A stretch of DNA of 64,000 bases from Eledone cirrhosa. Its lineage: Eukaryota. Numbering within the stretch: position 1 is the stretch's first letter; each line of letters starts with the position of its first letter. The stretch lies in NCBI GenBank assembly GCA_964016885.1, contig OZ024751.1, forward strand, positions 48,174,001 to 48,238,000, in the 5' to 3' direction. The notes beneath the pieces were generated by a model, which saw nothing but the letters and a program-made list of their open reading frames with translations, ran no database searches and was not told where the DNA came from. This document shows, piece after piece, positions 12,051 through 25,883 of this stretch. The position numbers were made by a program, and so were the translations under genes.

Positions 12051-12624
12051 TGATAGGGACCCCAGTCCTATCATCTCGTTTCTACAGCTGAGTAAACTGG
12101 AGCAATGTGAAATAAAGTGTCTTGCTCAAGGAAACAACACATCACCCGATCTGGGCATTGAACTCACAACCTTTCGATTGCAAGGCCAATGCTCTAACCA
12201 CTAAGCCATGTGCCTCCATATATATTGGAATATATTGAGTGAGATGTAGACAGTCGATTGACAAGATCCCAGACCTCATTTGATTGGGTGGAGCTCGCCA
12301 AATCAGACCGAGGAAAACATGCTTCCATTGGTCTTTCCAATTGCTAATACTATGTCGGTCACAAGTCTAGGCAGAAGGAGCAACGTGAAATATATATATA
12401 TATATTAAGTAGAATCGAAGTCAGTGTTGCTGCGTTTGTACAAACTTTATTGGTATATTACAATTGTTTCGATATCGATCAGCTCAGGGTACAATCAAAA
12501 TGACGGGGTCTGACTCTTTCGACATCTCTGTCTCTCTCACACCTCTCACTCTGTTGCTTGATGTCCTCTCTCTCTCTCTCTCTCTTTGTATATATATATT
12601 GTATATGTTTTGTTTTTATTCCAG

Positions 12625-12729
12625 TTTCTGATGCCAAGGTTGACAACAGTCTGTCCAAATTTAAAGGTCAAGAACTATCAAAAAGTGACCGACCCGAGTT
12701 GTCTAGTGCTAGCTGTGTTATTTCTGGAG
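12625..12729 (+). CDS. ETFA: ETFA coding exon 7 (VSDAKVDNSLSKFKGQELSKSDRPELSSASCVISG)
   Basis: KSDRPEL..A..V.SG motif; ccag| acceptor and G|gtcagt donor. Confidence 0.93.
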
Positions 12730-13200
12730 GTCAGTACACATTTCCACTAATTCATACACCAATTGAGCCAATCTAGTCTTTCTGACTGTTTGGCCTGAAC
12801 TGCAAGAAATAGCACCCAGAATTTCACTCAAATCACATTCCATCATCATCACAATCACCATCATAATCATCAAAAGTGGGCCAAGAGAAAGCTATCTCTG
12901 TATATATTGTCTCTGTTATATGAAGGCCAGCCTATGAATGTTTCAGCCAACACTTGTGTGTATCATCATCATCATCATCATCATTTAACGTCCCTCTTCC
13001 ACGCTAGCATGGGTTAGACGGTTTTGTTCCATTTGATGTGGGAATGGTCGGGAGACCATGTCTCGCTCGCACGGAAGTGTCTCTGGTAGGTTTTTTACAG
13101 CTGGATGCCCTTCCTAACACCAACCACATTTACAGTGTGGACTGGGAGCCTTTTCACTGTGTCTCCTACACGGCCACCTTACAGTGTGGACTCACACACA

Positions 13201-13399
13201 CAAGGGGCAGCTGAAAAGTTCATAGGCTGACCAAGACACTCTCATGGAATGATCAAATGTGGTTTATTTTTCCACATAGTCCCTGGAAAAAAAACAATGC
13301 AGTTGTTAATAAGAAGAGTTGAAATTTATGCATACAAGATTTCACAGCTCTAGCATCAATCCTTCATAGCCAGCCGATGAACTTTATCACTTACCTTTA
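13201..13399. mobile_element. Mariner-type MITE remnant
   Basis: Imperfect TIRs aaggggcagctgaaaagttcataggctg and cagccgatgaactttatcacttaccttt. Confidence 0.5.
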
Positions 13400-13525
13400 T
13401 ATGTTGTAATTTGACAATTATACCTACCCTCCATTTTACATCTGACCAGTTGGAGTCTCTACTCCTTCATTTCTTTACATCTATACAATGTTTCTATATC
13501 AATGTTTGTGTTTGCGTATATTTAG

Positions 13526-13677
13526 GTCGTGGAATGAAGAATGGTGAAAACTTCAAGCTGCTCTACGATCTTGCTGACAAAATGAATGCAGCTGTTGGTG
13601 CGTCTCGAGCTGCAGTTGATGCTGGTTTTGTTCCTAATGATCTGCAGGTGGGGCAGACAGGCAAAATTGTGGCACCG
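13526..13677 (+). CDS. ETFA: ETFA coding exon 8 ([51 protein letters not shown])
   Basis: FAD-binding signature [10 protein letters not shown]...[11 protein letters not shown]; ttag| acceptor and CCG|gtaagt donor. Confidence 0.97.
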
Positions 13678-13869
13678 GTAAGTTTACCTTTTAGGGTTTT
13701 TTTTTTCTTTTGATGCATGTGTGTCTGGGGTTTCCCCCCAAAAAAACATGATGAAAGCAGTGTGTATATGTGTGTGTATATGTGTGTGTATATGCGTGTG
13801 TATATGTTTATGTGTGTGTGAGTTTTGCTTGTAAACAAATTTATATGGTGAATAAAGAAATCATCATTA

Positions 13870-14610
13870 TTGGTGGATTGGCAGTATCGGCAGAGGGTCG
13901 GACGCCAGGTTTTGCTGTATAGAGTTACAACACTTTATGATCTGAGTTCAAATCCTGCCGAGGTTAACTTTGCCTTTCATCCTTACAGGGTCGATAAAGT
14001 AAAGTACCAGTAATGCACTGAGGTCGATTTAATCGACTTTCCCTTCCCCAAAATTGCTGGCCTTGTGCCTATATTATTGTTATTCATATTGTTTACTCGA
14101 TTTTTCTGTAAAACCCCACTGTCCCAGTCTTTTGTATTGTCCCCTATATGTCGGCCCCTGTGGCCAATAAATGAAATCATTATTATGGCAGTATCGGTAG
14201 AGGGTTGGACGCCAAGCTTTCTAGCATAGTTACGTCCCTTTACGATCTGAGTTCAAATCCCGCCGAGGTTGACTTTGCCTTTCATCCTTACGGGGTCGAT
14301 AAAATAAAGTACCAGTAATGCACTGGGGATAATTGCTGGCCTTGTGCCTAAAGTAGAAACAATTATTATTATAACTATTATCTGTGGATTGGCAATATCG
14401 GTAAAGTGTTGGACACCATACTTTGTAGCATAGAGTTACACTTCTTGACATTCTGAGTTCAAGTTAGCTTTGCCCTACAGGGTCAATAAATACAGGGTCA
14501 ATAAATAAAGGGTCAATAAATAAAGTATCTGGGGGTTGCACTGGGGTTGATTTAATTGACTTTCCCTACCCTTTCAAATTGTTGGCCTTGTGCCTAAAGT
14601 AGAAACAATT
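13870..14610 (+). mobile_element. Cluster of three tRNA-SINE copies
   Basis: Repeated tggcagtatcgg...ctgagttcaa...gctggccttgtgcctaaagtagaaacaatt. Confidence 0.8.
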
Positions 14611-14627
14611 ATTATTGTTATTAGTGA

Positions 14628-14662
<35 letters not shown>

Positions 14663-14769
14663 TCATCTTCTCCCCTCCCTCCCCTGTTTACCATCTGCAA
14701 CCTTTTATTTCTGATTAAATTCTGTCAAAGTTTGCTGAATGGAATTTAAATAATTCTTCATGTCAATAT

Positions 14770-15973
14770 TTTTGTGTATGTGTTTGTGTAGCGTGTGTAT
14801 GTGTGTGTTTGGGTATATATATGTGGGTGTGGTGGGTGTGTGCATGTGTATGTGTGTGTTTGGGTGTATATATGTGGGTGTGTGCGTGTGTATGTGTGTG
14901 TTTGGGTGTATATATGTGGGTGTGTGCTTGTATGTGTGTATGTGTGTGTTTGTGTGTATATATGTGGGTGTGTGCGTGTGTATGTGTGTGTTTGGGTGTG
15001 TATGTGTGTGTTTGGGTGTATATATGTGGGTGTGTGCGTGTGTATGTGTGTGTTGTGTGTGTTTGGGTGTATATATGTGGGTGTGTGCTTGTATGTGTGT
15101 GTTGTGTGTGTTTGGGTGTATATATGTGGGTGTGTGCTTGTATGTGTTTGTGTGCGTGTGTATGTGTGTGTTTGGGTGTATATATGTGGGTGTGTGCTTG
15201 TATGTGTTTGTGTGCGTGTGTGTGTTTGGGTGTATATATGTGGGTGTGTGCTTGTATGTGTCTGTGTGCGTGTGTATGTGTGTATATATGTGGGTGTGTG
15301 CTTGTATGTGTGTGTTGTGTGTGTTTGGGTGTATATATGTGGGTGTGTGCTTGTATGTGTGCGTGTGTATGTGTGTGTGTTACTGCTGCACTTGATCATG
15401 ATTGTTTTTGTTGTTGATGTTGGTTGATATCTCAGATGTTTTTCTAGTAGTAGTAGTAGTAGTAGCAATGGTGGTAGTTGTAGTTAATGATGGTAGTAGT
15501 GTTGGTGGTAGTGGTGGTGGTAGTAGTAGTAGTGGTGGTGGAAGTTGTAGTAGTAGTGGTGGGGATGGTAGGGGTAGTGGTAGTAGTAGTAGTTAATGGT
15601 GGTAGTAGTAGGGGTAGTGGTAGTAGTAGTAGGTGTGGTGGTAGTAGTAGTAGTTAATGATAGTAGTGGAAGTAGCGGTGGTGGTGGTAGTAGTAGTAGT
15701 GGTAGTAGTAGTGGAGGTGGTGGTAGTGGTGGTGGTGGTAGTAGTAGTTAATGATAGTAGTGGAAGTAGCAGTGGTGGTGGTAGTAGTAGTAATAGTGGT
15801 AGTAGTAGTGGTGGTAGTAGTACTATATTTCTATTATGTCAAACAGTTCAGTTTTGTCTCATGAGTGACATGTGTGTGTGTGTGTATTTATGTGTGTATG
15901 TCTATATATGACTGTGTGTGTGAGACTGTATATGTATGTATCTGTGACTATATATGTATATATGTATGTGATA

Positions 15974-16009
<36 letters not shown>

Positions 16010-16025
16010 ATATGTATGTGTGATA

Positions 16026-16067
<42 letters not shown>

Positions 16068-16850
16068 GACTATATATGTATGTGACTATATATGTATGTG
16101 TGATAGTGTGTATGTGTATATATATATATATATATGTGTATCTATAACTATATATATATATATATATGTACATATGACTATATATATATATGGATGTGAT
16201 ATTGATTTTTTTTGTTATTTTTACATTGTTGCATTTTGTTGTTGTTGTAAAGGTTTGTCTCATATCTGTGTACGTGTACATGCATGTGTGTATGTCTGTG
16301 TGTGTACATGTATGTGTGCATGTCTGTGTGTGTGCTGGCATGTGCATATTTGTGCTTGTGTGTATGTGCATATATATGTGTGCTATCTATAAGTATTTGT
16401 TTGTGTGTATGTGTGTGCACATGTGTGGTATTTGTGTATATGCAGTATTTTTATGTATCTGTATGTAGTGTTAATTTGTATGCATGTGTGGTATGTGTGT
16501 GTGTGTGGTATGTGTGTTTGGTGTATGTTTATGTGTGTGTATATATACGATTATATGTGTGTACCTGTATTTACATGTATATTTATGTGTGTGCATGTAT
16601 GCAATTGTGTGCTTGTATAATTATTTGTAATTTTATGTATGTGTGTGTAATTGATTTTTTATTTGTGTGCACATGTATTTGTGAGTGTATGTGTGTGTGT
16701 GTATTGTGAGTGTGTGTATTTGTAAGATTATATGTTTTCGTTCATGTGCATTTGTGAGTGTGTGTGTTTGTATATATTCATGAGAGTGTGTTTGTGTGTG
16801 TAATTGTGATTTTTGCATGTGTGTGTGTTTGTATTTATATTTTAGTGTTG
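14770..16850. repeat. Compound (GT)n/(GTA,GGT)n/(TA)n low-complexity block in an ETFA intron
   Basis: Directly visible. Confidence 0.9.
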
Positions 16851-16884
16851 TCTTCAATAATGTTAGGGTCAAAATGTCTAGAAG

Positions 16885-17345
16885 TAAACGTGGCTTTGAT
16901 GTTTCAAAACATGTAACTCTGACAGTCCAAAACATGTATCTCTGACAGTCCGAAACATGTGGATTTGACAGTCCAAAATGTGGCTTTGACAGCCCAAAGC
17001 ATGTGGCTCTGACAGCCCAAAACATGTGGCTCTGACAATTGCAAACATGTGGCTTTGACATTTCAAAACATGTGGCTTTGACATTTCAAAACATGTGGCT
17101 CTGACAGTCCAAAACATGTGGATTTGACAGTCCAAAACATGTGGCTCTGACAGTCAAAAACATGTGGCTTTGACATTTCAAAACATGTGGCACTGACAGT
17201 TCAAAACGTGTAGCTTTGACAGTTCAAAACATGTGGCTATGACAGTCCAAAACATGTGGCTCTGGCATTCCAAAACGTGGCTTTGACAGCCCAAAACATG
17301 TGGCTCTGACAGCCCAAAACATGTAGCTCTGACAGTTCAAAACAT
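16885..17345. repeat. ~23-bp minisatellite CTGACAGTCCAAAACATGTGGCT
   Basis: About 20 tandem, diverged units. Confidence 0.9.
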
Positions 17346-17572
17346 TCAGAATGTTTTAGAGCTCAACTGAGAAAGCCAAAATATTCTGTCTAATGAGCAC
17401 GATTGAGAAAGCCAAGGTATTTTGTTTAAAGAGCTCGACTGAGTAAGTCAAGATATTTTGTCTAACAGTCTAGTGCGATAGTCAATTTGTCACCTACCTC
17501 GCTAAGTTGTGTAATTCCTTTAAGTGGAACATAAGAAATGTCTCACACACTCTCTATTTTATTTCATTTCAG

Positions 17573-17719
17573 GACCTTTATATGGCTGTGGGCATATCTG
17601 GTGCGATCCAACATTTAGCTGGCATGAAAGACAGTAAAATAATTGTAGCTATCAATAAAGATCCAGATGCTCCTATCTTCCAGGTTGCCGATTACGGATT
17701 AGTTATGGACTTGTTCAAG
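17573..17719 (+). CDS. ETFA: ETFA coding exon 9 ([49 protein letters not shown])
   Basis: ETF-alpha signature [12 protein letters not shown]...AINKD; ttcag| acceptor and AAG|gtaagt donor. Confidence 0.97.
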
Positions 17720-17844
17720 GTAAGTTATCTTACATGACAACAAACTCTGCCATTTTCTCTTCTAGACTTGATCAACCTCTTCAGTGCCGTAGACGAGATA
17801 ACTCATCCTAACATGTTTGAACTCTTTTCCAACAGTTCATAACT

Positions 17845-18468
17845 TCATCATCATCAACATCATCATTGTTTAATGTCTATCTTCCACGCTCGCATGGGTT
17901 TAGACGGGAATTATCCCACTTGAGGCAAGATTGCTTGACTGGCCCGTATAGGACTGTCTGGCAGGTTTTCTACGGCTGGATGCTCTTCCTAACACCAACC
18001 ACGTTTACAGTGTGGACTGGGAAGTTTTTACCGTGTTACCTACACGGCGACATTACAGTATGGACTGTATTTTTTTTGTCGTGACACCTACACGACCTCA
18101 TTTATTTAGGACTGGATGTTGTGGTACCAACATAACTTTACAGAGAAAGGGGTGGTGTTGATGGGGGTAGTGTTGATGGGGGTAGTGGGATGGGGGTTTA
18201 TATTTGATTAAGAGGTGCCTACTGACTGTAGGTTTCGCTTTGTACTTAGGCAAGGCGGGTTTTCTGTATTACTGCGTAGCGCCAAAGATCTTGGTCCAGT
18301 GACATTGTCTTAGAGAGGTGTAAGTGTGTAAGGTCAGAATTAATCAAATCGTCTCAGGTTTTTCTGGGTCTGCCTACTCCGTAACTTCCGTCAATTTTGA
18401 TTGCCCTGCACTTTTTTATACAGCTGTCGTCTTTCATGTGCATCACGTGACCATACCAACATAGTCTT
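17845..18468 (-). mobile_element. RTE LINE 3' portion, inverted relative to the 10070-10780 copy
   Basis: Reverse complement of the RT C-terminus and 3'UTR of the 9336-10780 element. Confidence 0.85.
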
Positions 18469-19086
18469 CAAAGTTATAAACTCGTTTCCAACAGTTCATA
18501 ACTTCAAAGCTAGATGGAGTTACTAGTTTATTGATGTGACATTTGTCAGTCATTCAGATATGTGTTAATAAATGTTTGGTTAAAAAAATAGTCATTTTAC
18601 TGAGAAAAAAAAACTGACACAGCAACTGTAGCTGTGACTGAAGGGTCCTCCCAACTCTTGGTATGGCAACATTTCTATGGCTGGATGCCTTTTTTATTAT
18701 AAATAAGCATATCAGTTATGTTGACATGTACACCTTTATTATGAATCACGCTATGTTAGTGCTACCGCTAATTAACTGATATACTGTTTAGGATGAATTG
18801 CATCCCTTTAACATGTAATGAAGGTGTCGAAATACTTTCTCTCCCTTCCCTCTTTGCCTAATTTATATCTTCTCTCTGTATCTAACTCCTCCTCTCTCTC
18901 TACTCTCCATCTCTAGCTCCTCCTCTCTCTTTAATCTCCATCTCTAGCTCCACCCCTCTCTATCTTTGTTCTGCCTCTCTAACTCCTCCCTCTCTACTCT
19001 CCATGTATAACTCTTTCATCCCTTCCCCTCTCTCTCATTGCTCTATCTATTTTCTCTGTTTAATTGTGTCTCTTTTCTATGTCCAG

Positions 19087-19125
19087 GCTGTTCCTGAGAT
19101 GACAAACCTCATCAAGAGTTCCTGA
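19087..19125 (+). CDS. ETFA: ETFA last coding exon (AVPEMTNLIKSS*)
   Basis: Pyrimidine tract and ccag| acceptor; VPEMT matches the ETFA C-terminus; TGA stop. Total CDS 1017 nt = 338 aa. Confidence 0.9.
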   Translation, partial: AVPEMTNLIKSS

Positions 19126-19380
19126 TGTCTTGACAGTGTGATCACATGATCTCATGATCACATGATCAGCTGTTCACCTGATAGTGACACTGGTGATAAG
19201 TTGGTTAGTTTCGTCTGACTAGTTGTGATATGGAGGCTCCTGATTATAATAATTAATCACACACATGCACATATACACATACAGGCACATACACACAGAG
19301 GCACACACATACGCATTCACAAACAGGCGTACACACGTACACATACATGCAAACACATATATGATTGTATTTTATTGATT

Positions 19381-19386
19381 AATAAA
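19381..19386 (+). promoter_or_regulatory. Candidate ETFA polyadenylation signal AATAAA
   Basis: ~255 nt after the stop codon, followed by a GT/T-rich downstream element. Confidence 0.55.
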
Positions 19387-20054
19387 GAATGTTATGTTAT
19401 AATCATATTTTATGTAGTTTTTTTTGTTGTTGTTTACATATCATCACCATCATCATTATCATTTTTACGTCCACTTTTTCGCATTTTTTTGTCCATACAT
19501 GAAAATACAATAGTATATATAGAGGAATGTAAATGCTAAAGGGTTAAACCCAGCTTCTCCCTCAATTCCCAAGCTCTTCCTTTCTCTTGCACTTACATTG
19601 CACATCCAACTGAACATGGTTGCTTCATTTCTCTCCAGTCTACGCATGTCCTCTGCAATCACACCCCATGTTTCACTACCATGCAGCATTCCATTTCGCA
19701 CAAAATATGTTGATCAAAAATATATTCCTCACTCTATGGGTGTCTTTGTCTGTGTATTTTTCTATGCATGTGTGTGTATGTGTATACATTTGATTCTATG
19801 TCGGAAGGAACGTTTATGCTAAAAGGTGGGTTTCAACACCTTATACTATTTTCTGTTTTACTGGTTTGTGTATTATTGTGCTCTATAATTCCTTATATAT
19901 AGGCAATGTTAGTATTGCCATTTCTGTATATATTTTTGTGTATGTATAACATATATATATATATATATAACGGAGGAAATGTGGTAAGGAACCAGGTGGA
20001 CCATAACGCACCAAAGTACTTAGGGTAGTAGAGTGGGTAATAGGAACGAGTAGG

Positions 20055-20150
20055 ACCCCGACGGCTGAGTTCAAGCCGTTTCGACGGCTAATTCTGGACT
20101 AAATAAACATTTTTATCCTGGTATTTGAATAGCCGAGCTTCTCAAGGGGT
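20055..20150 (-). ncRNA. Type I hammerhead ribozyme, U3-A8 core variant (family C)
   Basis: ACCCC-TTGAGAA-G(CT)CGGCTA..TAGCCGTC-GAAA-CGGCT..AGCCG-TC-GGGGT. Confidence 0.72.
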
Positions 20151-20791
20151 AATTCCATATATGGTAAAGGTGATTGTCACAAGGATTGGTCAAAAGTTTG
20201 TTGTTGAGACATAATAATTCTATGAAGGCAATTTGTGGAGGGAGGGGGTAGCTGAACCTGCCAGTAGGAGAAAGAGGGAGAGGGGATGGAGGAGACCCAG
20301 TCATGCGTTGATAGTGCCGACTACAGCTGGTCATGAGGTTAAAGAAGATACTAGGGAGGGGGAGGAAGTCGAAACAGTAAGTAAAACAATATGGGGTAAA
20401 TATATAGAAATGAGTGTTAAAAAGCAATTAAATGTAAAAAAAAAAAATAAAAAATAAACAATTTCAGTTGTTCAATTGTTTATTTTTTTTTTTTACATTT
20501 AATTGCTTTTTAACACTCGGTATTTTTCTATATATTTACCCCATATTGTTTTACGTACTGTTTCGACTTCCTCCCCCTCCCCCCTCCCTTGTATCTTCTT
20601 TGACCTCATGCCCAGCTGTAGTCGGCACTATCAACGCATGACTGGGTCTCCTCCACCCCCTCTCCCTCTTTCTCCGACTGGCAGGTTCAGCTACCCCCTC
20701 GCTCCACAAATTGCGTTCATAGAATTATTATGTCTCAACAACAAACTTTTGACCAATCCTTGTGACAATCACCTTTACCATATATGGAATT

Positions 20792-20888
20792 ACCCCTTGA
20801 GAAGCTCGGCTATTCAAATACCAGGATAAAAATTTTCATTTAGTCCAGAATTAGCCGTCGAAACGGCTTGAGCTCAGCCGTCGGGGGT
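20792..20888 (+). ncRNA. Type I hammerhead ribozyme, U3-A8 core variant (family C)
   Basis: Same fold as the minus copy; GUC site ending at 20882. Confidence 0.72.
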
Positions 20889-21347
20889 CCTACTCGTTCC
20901 TATATATATATATATGCTGTGGAAGTTTGTATACATTTTTTGGGACACCCTGTGTCATATGAAATATTGTGCATTGAAAATTTTCAATTAACTGGGACTA
21001 TACCTTTAAGTTGAAGAGAAAACCTCCTGCTAGGGATGTTTAAAATATTAAAATAAAAAAAAAACAACAAGGGAGACAACTTCAATAATTTAAATCTATG
21101 ACATTTTTGAAAAAAACAATACAATTACAAATGGATCTTGATTTGAACCCTTTTGTATCAATCTGCCTGAAACCGGCTCTAATTCTATGAGGAAATGTTT
21201 ATTTTAAAGTGTTTATCTAAAAAAAGTCTAATCATAGTTTTATGCAAATGTTTTGTTAAGTTATCTTCCTGACACCAGCTTAATAATGTGACATTTAGTC
21301 ATATGACTAAATCCTTCCAAATACTTGATTATTTGAAAATTATATGC

Positions 21348-21380
<33 letters not shown>

Positions 21381-21417
21381 AGAAAAATGGAGTGCTGCGT
21401 GGTTGCACATGGGTTAC

Positions 21418-21458
<41 letters not shown>

Positions 21459-21544
21459 CATTCTGACAACTGAAAGCAAATTTATTTGCTTTCAAGAGAC
21501 CATTGGTAAATGAAATAATTATCTTATGTTGTTTATTACATAAC

Positions 21545-21588
<44 letters not shown>

Positions 21589-21595
21589 AATGCAA

Positions 21596-21634
<39 letters not shown>

Positions 21635-22034
21635 TATATACATATATCTATATACATGCACACACTCACATGTATATGGTTAAAATATTTTATTATGATA
21701 AACGTAGTTTAGACTACACAAGAAGAAGAACAACAACAACCGTTATATTAACTGTCAATTTATTTTACTATTTAAATATATTTAAATATATTGTCTGTCG
21801 TAATTGTGGGAGTATTTTTCAAGCAGCCATAGATTTTAATTGTTGTAGTTGCTATTATTGCTGCTGCTGTTGTTGTTGCTATTGTTGTTGTTGTTGTTGT
21901 AGTTGATACTATTGTTGTATTTTTTTAAGAAGCCATGTTATTTAATTGCCGAAATCTTTAACTTATTCACTATTAATCTCTTTGAATGAAATTCAATTTA
22001 TTTTTTAAGATTAAAATTACACACATACACTTGC

Positions 22035-22038
22035 ATGT

Positions 22039-22105
<67 letters not shown>

Positions 22106-22148
22106 TACACACACACACATTTACATACACACACACACACAGTTACAC

Positions 22149-22188
<40 letters not shown>

Positions 22189-22345
22189 TTACATACACAC
22201 ACATTTACATACACACACACACACACACACATTTACATACACACACATTTACATACACACACACACACACACACACACATTTACATACACACACACACAG
22301 TTACATACACACAAATATATGCATGCAAGTGACTGCACACGTAAT

Positions 22346-22409
<64 letters not shown>

Positions 22410-22553
22410 TGTATATATGTATATGTATGTATATATGTATATATATGTATGTGTATATGTATATATATATGTATGTATGTATAGATATGTATGTATATGT
22501 ATATATGTAAGTATATATGTATATGCATATATGTAAGCATATATATTTATATG

Positions 22554-22589
<36 letters not shown>

Positions 22590-22935
22590 TATGTATGTAT
22601 ATATATGTATATATATATATGTATGTATATATATATATGTATGTATATATATATGTATATATGTATATATATATATATGTATGTATATATATATATGTAT
22701 ATATGTATATATATATATGTATATATGTATGTATATATATATATGTATATATGTATGTATATATATATATATGTATATATGTATGTATATATGTATGTAT
22801 GTATATATGTATGTATGTATATATGTATGTATGTATATATGTATGTATATATATATGTATGTATATATATATATGTATGTATATATATATGTATGTATAT
22901 ATATATATGTATGTATATATATATATATATGTATG

Positions 22936-22973
<38 letters not shown>

Positions 22974-22979
22974 TGTATG

Positions 22980-23012
<33 letters not shown>

Positions 23013-23017
23013 GTATG

Positions 23018-23075
<58 letters not shown>

Positions 23076-23081
23076 TGTATG

Positions 23082-23117
<36 letters not shown>

Positions 23118-23891
23118 TGTATATTTATATGTATATATGTATGTATATATATATGTATGTATGTATGTATATATATATGTATATATGTATGTATATATAT
23201 ATGTATATATGTATGTATATATATATATGTATATATGTATGTATATATATATATGTATATATGTATGTATATATATATGTATATATGTATGTATATATAT
23301 ATGTATATATGTATGTATATATGTATGTATATATATATGTATATATGTATGTATATATATATGTATATATGTATGTATATATATATGTATATATGTATGT
23401 ATATATATATGTATATATGTATGTATATATATATGTATATATGTGTGTATATATGTATGTATATATATATGTATATATGTATGTATATATATGTATATAT
23501 GTATGTATATATATATGTATATATGTATGTATATATATATGTATATATGTATGTATATATATATGTATATATGTATGTATATATATATGTATATATGTAT
23601 GTATATATGTATGTATATATATATGTATATATGTATGTATATATATATGTATATATGTATGTATATATATATGTATATATGTATGTATATATATATGTAT
23701 ATATGTATGTATGTATGTATGTATATATATATGTATATATGTATGTATATATATATGTATATATATATATATATATATGTATGTATATATATATGTAAGT
23801 ATTTATATGTATGTATATATATATGTAAGTATTTATATGTATGTATGTATATATGTAAGTATTTATATGTATGTATGTATATATATATGTG

Positions 23892-23927
<36 letters not shown>

Positions 23928-23931
23928 TATG

Positions 23932-23967
<36 letters not shown>

Positions 23968-23971
23968 TATG

Positions 23972-24029
<58 letters not shown>

Positions 24030-25883
24030 TATATATATATGTATATATGTATGTATATATATATATGTATATATGTATGTATATATATGTATATCTATAT
24101 GTATATATATGTATATCTATATGTATATATATGTATATCTATATGTATATATATGTATATCTATATGTATATATATGTATATCTATATGTATATATATGT
24201 ATATCTATATGTATATATATGTGTATATATATATGCATATGTATATATATATATATTTATATATATGTATATATATATATGTGCATATATATATGTATTT
24301 ATATATATGTATATATGTATATATATATATGTGCATATATATATGTATATATATATATATGTGTATATATATATGTATATATATATATTTATATATATGT
24401 ATATGTATGTATATGTATGTATATATATATATGTATATATATATATGTATATATATATGTGTGTATATATATATATATTTATGTATATGTATGTATATGT
24501 ATATATGTGTATATGTATATGTATATATGTGTATATATATATGAAAAGAGTAAAAGAGTATATATATGTATATATATATATGTGTATATATATGTATATA
24601 TATATATGTGTATAATATTTATTAAAATAACAGAAGATCCCATTAAGGGTGAAAGCAGCGATTCTTTGCTATATATGTGTATATATATATATGTGTATAT
24701 ATATATGTATATATATATATTTATATATATGTATATATATATATTTATATATATGTATATATATATATGTATATATATATATTTATATATATGTATATAT
24801 ATATATTTATATATATGTATATATATATATTTATATATATGTATATATATATATTTATATATATGTATATATATATATTTATATATATGTATATGTATAT
24901 ATATATATGTGTATATATATATGTATATATGTGTATATATATATGTATATATGTGTATATATATATGTATATATATGTATATATATATGTGTATATATAT
25001 TTATATATATGTGTATATATATATGTATATATATGTATATATATATGTGTATATATATGTATATATATATATATGTATATATATATATGTATATATATGT
25101 ATATATATATATGTATATATATATGTGTATATATATGTATATATATGTATATATATATATGTATATATATATGTGTATATATATGTGTATATATATGTAT
25201 GTATATATATGTGTATATATATGTATATATATATATGTGTATATATATATGTATATTTATATATATGTGTATATATATATGTATATATATATATTTATAT
25301 ATATGTGTATATATATATGTATATATTTATGTATATGTATGTATATGTATATATGTATATATATATATATGTGTATATATATTTGTATATATGTATATAT
25401 ATATATATGTGTATATATATATGTATATATGTATATATATATATATGTGTATATATATATGTATATATGTATATATATATATATGTGTATATATATATGT
25501 ATATATGTATATATATATATATGTGTATATATATATGTATATATGTATATATATATATATATGTGTATGTATATATGTATATATATATATATATATATGT
25601 GTATGTATATATATATGTGTATGTATATATGTATATATATATATATGTGTATGTATATATGTATATATATATATATGTGTATATATATATGTATATATAT
25701 ATATTTATATATATGTATATGTATGTATATGTATGTATATGTATATATATATATTTATATATATGTATATGTATGTATATGTATATATATATATGTATAT
25801 ATATGTATATATATATATGTATATGTATGTACATATATATATGTATATATATATATGTATAAGTATATATATGTATGTATATG
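22035..25883. repeat. (CA)n followed by a very long degenerate (TA)n/(TATG)n tract
   Basis: Directly visible. Confidence 0.95.

Larger units (their letters stand above)
19969..20902. mobile_element. Fold-back element (family C), ~420-bp inverted arms, flanked by (TA)n, one hammerhead per arm
   Basis: 20040-20465 is the reverse complement of 20476-20902; identical peptide tails appear in opposite-strand ORFs 20113..20427 and 20503..20829. Confidence 0.85.

Noticed and set aside
16885-17345. 23-bp array as CRISPR or coding repeat
   Set aside because: No spacers; an intronic minisatellite.
20113-20829. Two ORFs with identical C-termini
   Set aside because: Artefact of the inverted repeat; no domain or coding signal.
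24626-24668. CAGAAGA-TCCC attaa GGGT-GAAA hammerhead-like island in the TA tract
   Set aside because: Core mutated and stems I/III do not pair convincingly; at best a relic.
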